A DNA stretch of 43,446 nt. It comes from Octopus bimaculoides. Taxonomy: Eukaryota. The translations under genes were made by a program, and so were the position numbers. Location of the stretch: positions 9,107,519 to 9,150,964 of the forward strand of contig NC_068992.1 in NCBI RefSeq assembly GCF_001194135.2, in the 5' to 3' direction. How positions within the stretch are numbered: position 1 is the first letter of the stretch; each line of letters begins with the position of its first letter. Shown here one piece after another: positions 34,319-43,446 of this stretch. Under the pieces are notes generated by a model that did not search any database, was not told the DNA's origin, and was given only the letters and a program-made list of their open reading frames with translations.

Positions 34319-37300
34319 TTATCTTCGAACTTTGACGACTGTCAGTCACCCCACCCATTTATTTTCTTTATGTATTCGGTTTCTTGTGTGTTCAACTGCG
34401 GAAATCACGGTTCTGGGAAGAACTTGCACTTTAAAATTTTAAACCACCTCTAAATTATTATTACGATTATTTGATGGGGGTAACTCTTCGAAACTTTAAT
34501 TAAACGTTTTAAAATATGAAGATTGCAATTTTGAAATAAATAAATTATAAAATATATAAAATTGTTCAAGGTTGAATTTGTTAAATATTCTGCTCCACGA
34601 ATTTTTGGAATAACCATATCACAGAGTTGACTACGAGCGAGGGAGGTTTGGACCAGTTCGCTCGACCTACTTAGAAAAGAGCCAAATTTCCCTTCAAACC
34701 ACATTGAACAATAGTCAAAGATAAACAGAAATATTGCCCACCACCACCACCACCATAAAAAATACAGTTATGATTTAAGACCAAAACATAATTTAGGTTG
34801 TACACCTGTGAATTTCTTAAATTCAATATTACAAAGCTTGGCAGTGAGAGAAACAAGAATATAAGTACATTTGCACTTTCCTTCTATGCTTTTGCTGTGT
34901 GGAATAATAAAGAGAGAGAGAGAGTCTCCTGATGGACTGTTTCATAACCTGGTGTCTTCATGAACCTTTATGGGCTTGCATTTGCTCCCTACACAGACAA
35001 TAAAACATTCCTTAGCAGTTCCTTTAATGGCTCTCACCATAGTCTTATATAAGCCATTCACATCCAAGATCCAGTATATAGATATAGCAAGGGCAGGTAG
35101 CCTTTTCAATACCGAGTGGCAAACTCAAATTGCTTAAGAAACTCTACAATGCTTCTGTGATCACACCAAACAACTTTAATTCGAATATTATAAAGCATTA
35201 ACTGGCCAGATAGTTTTACAATACTTTAACCCTTTTGATACCAACTAACCTGAGACCGTCCCAAGTTCTATGACATAAACTTACTGTTTTAAAGTGGTCT
35301 AAATTATAATCTTCATTCTAAATTTTGGGCTACATTATTCCAGACCCCAGCTTGATAATTAGAAAGTTATTTTGCTAAATCCTTCATTATTTTTAAAATG
35401 AATTTAAAGAAAGGCAGCATATGTTAACAGAAATATAGTCACAAAAGAGTTAAATACTGGAACACCAAAGGTTCCATTGAGTTGAAATTTAATGAGAAAT
35501 TTCAGTGTTCCAAGCAATAATTATCTACGATAACTTAAACAGTATGTAAAATGAAATTTGTTATGGTATTATTTTCCAGGCATAGTGTACCCCGTACTAA
35601 AATATCTCATGTGTCCAGAAACTAAAAGATAATTATTTGATTGCAAAGAAATATCTTGTCTAAAGTATTAATGTCATTAATATATACATTTTTGTTTTAA
35701 TTCTATCAAGCACATGAACTTGTGGTTGGGGTGTTGAGTTCACAATCATAAGGTTGTAGGTTCGATTCCTGGACCAGGTGGTGTGTTGTGCTCTTAGGCA
35801 AAGCACATTACTTCAGGTTACTTGAGTCTGCTCAGCTGAAAATGGGTAGCAGTTGAGTGGTTGTACAACCCTCTTTCCTTCCAGCTAACGTATACCTGAT
35901 GTTCCAATCAGTCAAAGTTGGGAGGGCTGAGAGGTTGTCTATGTCAGCTTGCAGCTATATATAGGTACTCCAAAACTATTAGCAAAAGTTTGGTTCAAGC
36001 TGCTAAGCCATACTTGCCTGTGAGTGACAGCTAAGCATATCTATGATTATGAATTTTTTTCGAAAGTAGGTGAATTTGGAGTAAACACTTGAGTGCTAAT
36101 AATGTTGTACTCAGTCTATGAGTCATCATCATCATCGTTTAACGTCCGCTTTCCATGCTAGCATGGGTTGGACGATTTGACTGAAGACTGGTGAAACCAG
36201 ATGGCTACACCAGGCTCCGATCTGATTTGGCAGAGTTTCTACAGCTGGATGCCCTTATGTAATGTCTCACCAGGCAGTGAAGCAACTCTGTAGATGTTTT
36301 GATCCCTTCAGCCACAATGCCAGAGCTATCCAGGGCCATCCACCAATGCAGGTGGCAAAATTTCCACACAGCAGTACAAGCTTTGTTGAGTTCGGTGTTG
36401 AGACTCTGGGCCTGATGTTCTGCCATCCTCACTGCTAACTCTTCCTGCACCAATCATCTTCTCTCATGAACCAGATGTAACAACTTACTTTCTTAGTAGC
36501 TTCTGACAATTTTCTGGTAACATCTGTTGTCTCCTTTGCAGCTGGTCTCAAGATCCCTGAGCATTGAGTGAACCCTGGTTCCAGCATATCCTCAAACATT
36601 TCTCTCTAAAGAGATGAAGAATATTACCAAAATCTAATTTTCTTCTTCTCCTTTACTAAAATATATCAACACTTTTTCCATCTACAGTGAATAATTCTAA
36701 AGCAAGAACCGGGAAAGTATGATGTAAAAACATTAGTGTTGTTAAAATATTAGATATTTCTAAGTATTCTGTTAATAATAATTATTGTTTTACTTCTTTG
36801 TCAAGGTGTGCTGGTTTGATGGCACCATTAGAAGGTAAAGGTGGAGCCTGTTCAATACGCTTGAGTGAGCCACTTCTCAAATTGAGACCACGAAAAGACT
36901 TGGTGGAAACGTTACTTGTAAGATATTCAGATTTTTTATTTTCATTTCAGTCTAATACTCTAACAAGGGAAAATAATAAATTTCAATATTGAGAGCAAAA
37001 TTTTAGCCAGAAATAGTTAGCCTTTTTAAATTGAGAGAAATTTTGATAATTCTTTAATAGTTATTGCCTGAAGAACATTCTTCTCTTCATGTGCCATGCC
37101 TACAGGTGTTGTTTATATACCTATCATCAAAAACAAACTAGTTATGAACATTCCTTTTTTTTTTTTTAAGGATATCTAGGACTTGGGACTATTTTATATA
37201 ATAAGTCCTTCCATTTTGTTTTTAAATGGGTGTAAATTGAGAGTGATCTGACTACTATTTCAAGCAAGTCAAAAAACTGTAGAAATTCCCTTGTTGACTC

Positions 37301-40300
37301 AGTTTAAGAAAATAGTATTGATTGAAAAGGATTACAGTTAACAGAGGAACTGATCAGATGGGGAATCTGTGTTTTTATGACATTTAAAAACTGCTCAAAT
37401 ATATAATGTGTGTAAATTGAAAAACAAAAATTTATTATTTTCAGCACGAAATGATACATGCCCACCTCCATGTCACCAAATGTCGAGTAAGTATAGTTGG
37501 TTTTTATGTCTTCACTCTTCTCTTGAACCAGACTAGTTCGGTTCAAATAATTTCATGTTAACTTCATTGTTTTGCTTTAAACCAGTGGTTCTGAACCATT
37601 TTTTGTTTATGAACCCCTTTGACTCCTATTTACTCAGTTGGACCCTCATAGCCTATATCTTTATAATTAAGTATTATTAGGAATTGTATAAAAAAAAGAA
37701 AATTGTTAAAATATTTTGGGTATTGTAGAAGTATTACCAAGAGTACGTGGAGGCGCAATGGCCCAGTGGTTAGGGCAGCAGACTCGCAGTCATAGGATCG
37801 CGGTTTCGATTCCCAGACCGGGCATTGTGAGTGTTTATTGAGCGAAAACACCTAAAGCTCCACGAGGCTCCGGCAGGGGATGGTGGCGAACCCTGCTGTA
37901 CTCTTTCATCGCAACTTTCTCTCACTCTTTCTTCTTGTTTCTGTTGTGCCTGGAATTCAAAGGGTCAGCCTTGTCACACTGTGTCATGCTGAATCTCCCC
38001 GAGAACTACGTTAAGGGTACATGTGTCTGTGGAGTGCTCAGCCACTTGCACGTTAATTTCACGAGCAGGCTGCTCTGTTGATCGGATCAACTGGAACCCT
38101 CGACGTCGTAAGCGACGGAGTGCCAACAACGACAACTAAGTGTACATTATTCAATAAATTCTTGTTTTTTATAGACTGGAAGAGTATAGTTTGAAGAAAA
38201 TTTGGCTGCTGTGACGGTGTCTGCTTTTAACGTTGAGGTTCAATCTTGATCACGCTGACTGCCTCTTGTTTTTGTTGCTCTTTAAGCTACTCATTTTGCT
38301 ATTCTCTTTATTTGTATTATTTATTGAAATTATTTTTTCTCATCAGGAAAGTGACCCCCATGGTCCAAAATTCAAGGAACACATGAACCGTATAAACAAA
38401 GCTACCGGTGCCAATATAACTGTGAGTACTTGACTATTCTACCTGTTTTATGTTAGAAACAGCCAGTTCTGCCCCCTTGCACATAATCTACAATGTCATT
38501 CTAAAAATAAACAATCACATCATTAGAATCTCAAAGCTGCAAGCTAAAGCAGGATTTATTCAAAACAAGGGTGAATAAATAAATATTACATTTGGCAGTG
38601 TGATCCGAATACGAAATGGTTAAAAATGTCTGTATTTAGTGGGTGGAAACTAAAGAAGCTTCATGTATGTATGTATGTGTGTGTATATATATATATATGT
38701 GTGTTTGTATCATTGTGTACCCTTGTCTAGATCTCGTATGATGGTTGTAAATGAGGATCACCATCCTACAAGCGGGGTTATTTGTTTCCAGTGTTGTGTT
38801 AAAAACCTGTCTACATATGGGAAAATATTTACCTTGCTTGGAAACTGGAGAAGTGTTAAGGGCATCCAGCTGTAGAAACCAAGCCAAAACGCACTGGAGC
38901 CTGATACAGCCCTCTGGCTTGCCCACGCCAGTCTAACCATCCAACCCATGCCAGCATGGAAAACATACGTTAAATAATGGTGATGAATGTCCTTTGATAT
39001 TTTTGTGTTTAATCAATTGATTTGTTTCTTTTATTTTTATATCTAGGTTTACCACAACTTTGTTGATGAAGTCAACCTTCATAAACAACATTGGTGGCGT
39101 TGTAATGGACCTTGTCAAAACTGGAAACCATTTTATGGCTGGGTGAAACGAGCCATGAATCGAGCGCCTTCCAGAAATGACTTTTGGTGGGAACAGCACC
39201 GTATGACTTGTGGAGGACAGTACATTAAAGTGAAAGAACCAGAAAGTTATGGTAAAAAGAAAGAAAGTAAACTTTCAAAAACAGACAAAAAATGTAGGTT
39301 GCTCCTTAAAATATCTTTAAAATCAAAATGGTTACGGATGTTTGTGGCTTCTTTGTATATTTTATTTTGCAATTAATGAAAATTAGTGATATTGGTTACA
39401 GGTTTTCCAATGGATAAAACATTAGTTTACTGCATTTCTGCTGATGAGTGAAAAGATATTGTCTGTAATTTGGTGTTGAGCAAATATCATAAAGGAATTT
39501 ATTCTTTGAAGACAACTGCTTTTACTGTTTTCTCACTGATGATATACATACAAACATTTATCTATGTATTATGTTTTCATCCATTGATACTGGTTGAAAA
39601 TTCTGCATAAATCTTGTTTCAGTCCCAGTGCATGGTACCATGGGCAAGTGGCTTCTACTATAGCTCTGGGCTGACCAAAGTCTTGCGAGTGGATTTGGTA
39701 GACACAAACTGAAAGAAACCTATTATATATCATCATCGTCATCGTTTAACGTTCGCTTTCCATGCTAGCATGGGTTGGACGATTTGACTGCAATGTTTCA
39801 GACGGCAGTGGGTTGTAGGGCACGATCCACCTGTTGTCAATTTCTGTCCATTGACCATTAACTTTGTGCTTGGTAGTGTTTCCACCATCTTCTGGTTTTC
39901 GGCACCTGTGGAGTGGGTAACCGTCATGTCCCTTACGTATCTCGTGGATAAATTACGTGGGGAGCCGTTTGATGCACTTTTTTGTGCTCCATGCAGGGTG
40001 ATCAAATGAAAATGAATGGGTTATTTTCCCTTGGCTAGGAAAACGAATGAGTTATTTCCCTTGGCTGTTAAAGGAAAATATATATGGGTTATATATGTGG
40101 ACCCCTTCTAGGGGCCCTAGCCATCCAATTATAGATTTTTATTAAACTTCAATGAGCCTAGTAACAAACTGGATGTTACTTTAACATGCTTGCAAAGTTT
40201 CACGAAAATTCGTTAACAGGTGTAGACAGCAACTTAACACAAACAGACAACTCGCATTTATATATGTATAGATGTTTGTATGTATGTATATATATATGTG

Positions 40301-42014
40301 TGTGTGTATGCGTGTGCTTTTGTATCTATGTTTGTCCCCCACTACCACTTGACAACCGGTGTTGGTGTGTTTATGTTCTCATAATTTAGCAGTTTGGCAA
40401 AAGAGACTGACAGAATAAATACCAAACTTTAAAAAATAATAATGGAGTTGATTCATTCAACTAAAATTTCTTCAATGCGATGCCCCAGCATGGCTGTAGT
40501 CTGGGGGTCAATAAACTGCTAGATGTGTAATGTAACTGTCAGTTGGCATTATGATAGCCGAAAAGAAAAATTGGTAGAATTGAATTTTTAGATATCTTCA
40601 ATTGTCAAATTGTTGAAAGCTTCTTTATGATGATAATTAATCCTTTTTTTTTTCTTCTCCACTTTTTCTCTTCAATACAGCTCCTTTGAAGAATGGAAAT
40701 ATTTTGGCAATGATTAAAAAGAAGTATAATTTGAACAAGCCAAAACCAACAGTGATATCATCTAAGACTACAAACAAATCTGAGAAAAGTTCACCCAAAG
40801 GGTCAGGCATCCATTCTCCATTGAAGAAACACAACAATTCAGTTCCTATTAAGAATGCAAGCTCTACCATTTCTTCATGTAATACTCCAGAGTCCTCATC
40901 AAGTTCTTCTAAAGATGTTAAAACAGTTGGTAAAAGTACAAGTCAATCATCCATGAATAACTTTTTGGGACAGCTTCATAAAGATACACTGCAACGGAAG
41001 AACACGTCTCAGACTAATGGATGTAGTTCATTTACAGCAACAAATAAAGATACTATGGAGAAGAAACGTCCAAATGTAAGTGAAAGCCAAGCGAACTACA
41101 ATGCCTCAGTTGTTAAAAAAAGAATGTCAAGCTCTTCTACTTCTACATATGATACCTCAGAATCCTTGCCAAGTTCCTCCAAAGATGCTAAAACTGTTGG
41201 TAGAGGTACAAGTGAGTCAGCTATGAATAACTTTCTGGGACAACTTCATAAAGATAAACTGCAACGTAACTGCATGTCTCAGACCAATGGAAATGGTTCG
41301 TTTACAGGGATAAATAAAAGAGTATCTGAAAAAGATTCTGGTCTTAAATATGTGGAGAAGAAACGCTTAAAAGTAAGAGAAGATGAATCATTCAGATCTT
41401 CAAAAGACACAAACAGAAAGCTTCCTATCGATGAATCCACATTTCTCTCTGAGTTAATTGATGATAAAATAAAGCAAAATATCCCAAACCATCCCAAAAA
41501 TTCTTTAAAAGATGGTAATGAATTACCATCCTCTTCTCAAACACATTTGCTCTTTGATAAGCATCGAAACAATTCATCACCTACCGAAAGGAAAACTAAG
41601 ACTTCTGTACATAAAACCATTAGTTCCTCTGTTAATAAAGAACACAATTTTTTTTCAGATTCACCTCATAATAAACACAAACGTAATAAAGCATCAACAA
41701 CAGTTGGAAAAAGTCCTAAAGTTCGAAACGCTTTCCCAAATTCTGATCTAACATCCGCTGAAAATAAAATGAATACACATTCTACTTCAGAAAGTTTGAA
41801 TTCTGTAAATAACTCTTCTATTAAAAACTATTTTGATTGTAGTACGTCAGACCATTTGGCAGCGAGAGGCAGTAATAATTCCAATCCCATTATTATTGAC
41901 AATTCTGATGATTCCAATTCTGATATCGTAAATGTACCTTGTCCTGTCTGTGAAAAACGTGTGCCTGAAAATCTTATTAATCAACATTTAGATGAGTGCC
42001 TCTCTATGAAATAG
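31410..42014 (+). CDS. SPRTN: SprT-like domain-containing protein Spartan (DNA-dependent metalloprotease), join(31410..31576,36806..36917,37445..37486,38347..38421,39047..39293,40681..42014), 658 aa
   Basis: Spliced product contains SLVDPSWEYIDPTPD, CSIRLSEPLLKLRPRKDLVETLL-HEMIH, HGPKF, HWWRCNGPC, WWEQHRMTCGGQYIKVKEP and C-terminal CPVC..HLDEC, all recognisable from human SPRTN. All introns GT..AG, phases 2,0,0,0,1; total 1977 nt. Confidence 0.96.
31863..32245 (+). mobile_element. tRNA-derived SINE family A, full length, SPRTN intron 1
   Basis: Colinear with 37749-38136; A box TGGTCCAGTGG, B box GGTTTCGAATCCC. Confidence 0.9.
32530..32820. repeat. ~55-bp inverted repeat pair (foldback or MITE-like)
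   Basis: aaaccccagcctgctggatgttaacaactgtggagaaaacgaatatgaaa at 32530 pairs with tttcatattcgttttctacagttgttaatatccagcaggctgggggtttt ending at 32820. Confidence 0.8.
33225..33530 (+). mobile_element. CR1-clade LINE 3' fragment
   Basis: SNTRGHNHKIKKQHSTHDFRRHSFRLRIVEA*NKL matches the CR1 C-terminal TRGH..KL..R..FFS.RVV..WN.LP motif. Confidence 0.8.
34163..34259. mobile_element. 97-bp Tc1/mariner-type MITE
   Basis: TA flanks; 30-bp TIRs CAGGGTCCG(A/G)CAAAATGATCTGACACATTT with one mismatch. Confidence 0.9.
35230..35449. mobile_element. TTAA-flanked (piggyBac-like) MITE
   Basis: TTAA|CCCTTTTGATAC ... GTCACAAAAGAG|TTAA, imperfect TIRs. Confidence 0.6.
36122..36257 (-). mobile_element. RTE tail copy (same family as 1-233)
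   Basis: Reverse complement of 90-230. Confidence 0.85.
36806..36917 (+). CDS. SPRTN: SPRTN coding exon 2
   Basis: Acceptor tttgtcaag|G; CAGLMAPLEGKGGACSIRLSEPLLKLRPRKDLVETLL; donor CTT|gtaaga. Confidence 0.95.
37445..37486 (+). CDS. SPRTN: SPRTN coding exon 3 (HExxH zinc-protease motif)
   Basis: Acceptor attttcag|CAC; HEMIHAHLHVTKCR; donor CGA|gtaagt. Confidence 0.93.
37749..38136 (+). mobile_element. tRNA-derived SINE family A, full length with (CAA)-like tail, SPRTN intron 3
   Basis: A box 37759-37769 and B box 37802-37814; colinear with three other copies; inserted next to the hAT-like end at 37583. Confidence 0.92.
38347..38421 (+). CDS. SPRTN: SPRTN coding exon 4 (third zinc ligand, HGPKF)
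   Basis: Acceptor ttttctcatcag|GAA; ESDPHGPKFKEHMNRINKATGANIT; donor ACT|gtgagt. Confidence 0.94.
38700..38985 (+). mobile_element. Diverged RTE-tail family copy
   Basis: gttaagggcatccagctgtagaaac..ccaacccatgccagcatggaaaacatacgttaaataatggtgatg. Confidence 0.7.
39047..39293 (+). CDS. SPRTN: SPRTN coding exon 5 (zinc-binding subdomain and basic region)
   Basis: Acceptor tttttatatctag|GTT; VYHNFVDEV..HWWRCNGPC..FYGWVKRAMNRAPS.NDFWWEQHRMTCGGQYIKVKEP; donor T|gtaggt (phase 1). Confidence 0.95.
39612..40510 (+). mobile_element. SINE family B split by a nested Helitron fragment and RTE tail
   Basis: Head 39612-39727 and tail 40273-40510 match the other family B copies; insert lies between them. 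Confidence 0.7.
39791..40272 (-). mobile_element. Helitron fragment: 5' terminus plus a piece of the Rep (HUH endonuclease) ORF
   Basis: Minus strand begins A|TCTATACATATATAAA (Helitron 5' TC after A). It later translates KKCIKRLPT*FIHEIRKGHDGYPLHRCRKPEDGG..EIDNRWIVPYNPL, matching the Helitron Rep motif KC.K..P..F...DGYP.YRRR..DNRW.VPYNP. Confidence 0.82.
40681..42014 (+). CDS. SPRTN: SPRTN last coding exon (disordered tail, PIP-like motifs, UBZ zinc finger)
   Basis: Long pyrimidine tract ending caatacag|CT completes the phase-1 codon. Open to TAG at 42012-42014. Ends VPCPVCEKRVPENLINQHLDECLSMK (UBZ4-type). Confidence 0.93.
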
Positions 42015-43446
42015 AAAATGTAATTTATTCGATGTTTAACTTAGAATTGAAAGACATCAACATTTACACAAATAAAAACGTATCTATTTATAATTTTTCA
42101 TGCATTCTTTATCTCCAGAAACTTCACTTGCTTCGAATATAAACATCTATTGTAAAATAAATTTTTTAATATTACTTAAAATCATGATATAAAAAGGCAT
42201 TTGATCTTTATATTTCAAGCAATGTTTCTCAAACATCTTTGATTGCAGAATACAGTTTGTTACAATTATAGTTTTTGTTGTAGATATACTCCTTGCAAAA
42301 TACTTTGCAACAATTTTAATGATATTTCGTTTTTATTAGTATTTTAAAACGTTCAAAAGAAATTTAATGAATATTGCTCTATTGTTTTACAGAATACAGT
42401 TTGTTTCCCAAACTGAATAGAATCTTTTCAAAAAATTGTCAATCTACTTAAATATTTTTTTCAAATCTAATTTGTTTTTACTTAGAGGCCTTTTTATCCT
42501 TTGTATCAAATTTCAATTTGAAATACTCGAATTATTTATGGTAGGATGATTGTTCTGTGATAATCATTTTGTTAAACATTTGAATGAAAATATCAGCTTT
42601 TCCTCATTGTTTTGTATTAAATTTTTTTTCTCCCCTTTTTCATTGAAAATCAAAATACTCAAATTATTTCATTAATTATTTCATTAAACATTTGGTGAAA
42701 GCATTAATTATTCAAGTATAAATTCATAGAAAAATAACCTATATGTTTTATATGCACCCACAGAAGTGTGGGGACATGTGGTATGGTCTTGCCTGATCAT
42801 GATTAAAATATAATTGTTACATTTGAAATCTGTTCCAAACAAAGTGAATGTTTTTATAAATTATAAATTCTCCTTTTCACCTAATTTGTATATATTTCAA
42901 AACTCTCCTTTTTAAAAATTCATTGTAAATATATATAAAGTTTCTGTAATATTTTCATCCTATTTTATCACGAAATTTGTATATATTTCGATACTCGAGT
43001 TGTTTGTAAATCATTTGTAAATATATAAATTATAATTGGCGGAGTTTCAAATCAGGATGCCCACATATGTTGGATTTTCTTCGTTTTGACAGGGATTTTT
43101 CCAATTTGTTTTTCATCACATGGCCTTCAAAATGACGAGGGCGTCTTTTTATGGAAAAAAATTTTTCGAAAATTTCTTTTTTTGTCTTTCTTTTTTGGCC
43201 ACTACACGCTTAAAAACCATTGGTGAAGCTTTTTCTGTTAACAAAAAAAAAAAAAAAATTGTAGATATTTTCAGATGAAAAGATGTGTGACTTAAGGGAG
43301 ATTTTGCTATTGTTTCTAGCACATCCTATGACCACCTTCCTTATTTCTTTGTCACTCGCATGTATTGATGGTTTTCTATTTTTCTATATTTTTCTCCCTG
43401 TGAATACATTTATGCTTTAAAAAAAATTTTTTTATTTGATTTTTTT

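Noticed and set aside
36260-36480. Minus ORF with C/H residues (ACTAVWKFCHLHWW) fused to an RTE tail
   Set aside because: Probably a decayed retroelement C-terminus; too degenerate to assign and lacks splice signals.
37749-37820. tRNA-like sequence with A and B boxes (also 31863, 10212, 26560)
   Set aside because: These are heads of a multi-copy SINE, not tRNA genes; they continue into a shared ~300-nt body.
43030-43215. CpG-richer block ending ggccactacacgcttaaa downstream of SPRTN
   Set aside because: Looks like one end of a DNA transposon, but the partner end is not in the window, so it cannot be supported.

Overview
AT-rich, microsatellite- and SINE/LINE-dense animal genomic DNA from a gapped draft assembly. 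The repeat families look like those of Octopus; this is recognition only, with no database search. I reconstructed two spliced plus-strand genes by hand from GT/AG sites and reading-phase compatibility; neither spans an assembly gap. (1) 14203-25187, 5 coding exons, 4035 nt = 1344 aa: a degenerate 7-transmembrane domain resembling RXFP/GRL101-type LGR receptors but with no ectodomain, fused in frame to a protein-kinase fold that lacks key catalytic residues. The kinase C-lobe is split by an ~740-aa Ser/Asn-rich insertion, and the protein ends in a class I PDZ-binding motif (ETTV). This 7TM-pseudokinase is the most unusual thing in the window. (2) 31410-42014, 6 coding exons, 1977 nt = 658 aa: SPRTN/Spartan DNA-protein-crosslink protease with HEMIH, zinc-binding domain and C-terminal UBZ. 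Its tail has a 90-aa internal duplication carrying PIP-box-like motifs and a SIM-like motif, and no recognisable SHP box. The rest is transposon-derived: several SINE families, RTE, CR1, R4/Dong-like and CRE-like LINE fragments, a Helitron fragment, TA- and TTAA-flanked MITEs, and simple repeats. Protein family assignments come from motifs recognised by eye and need HMM and structure confirmation.
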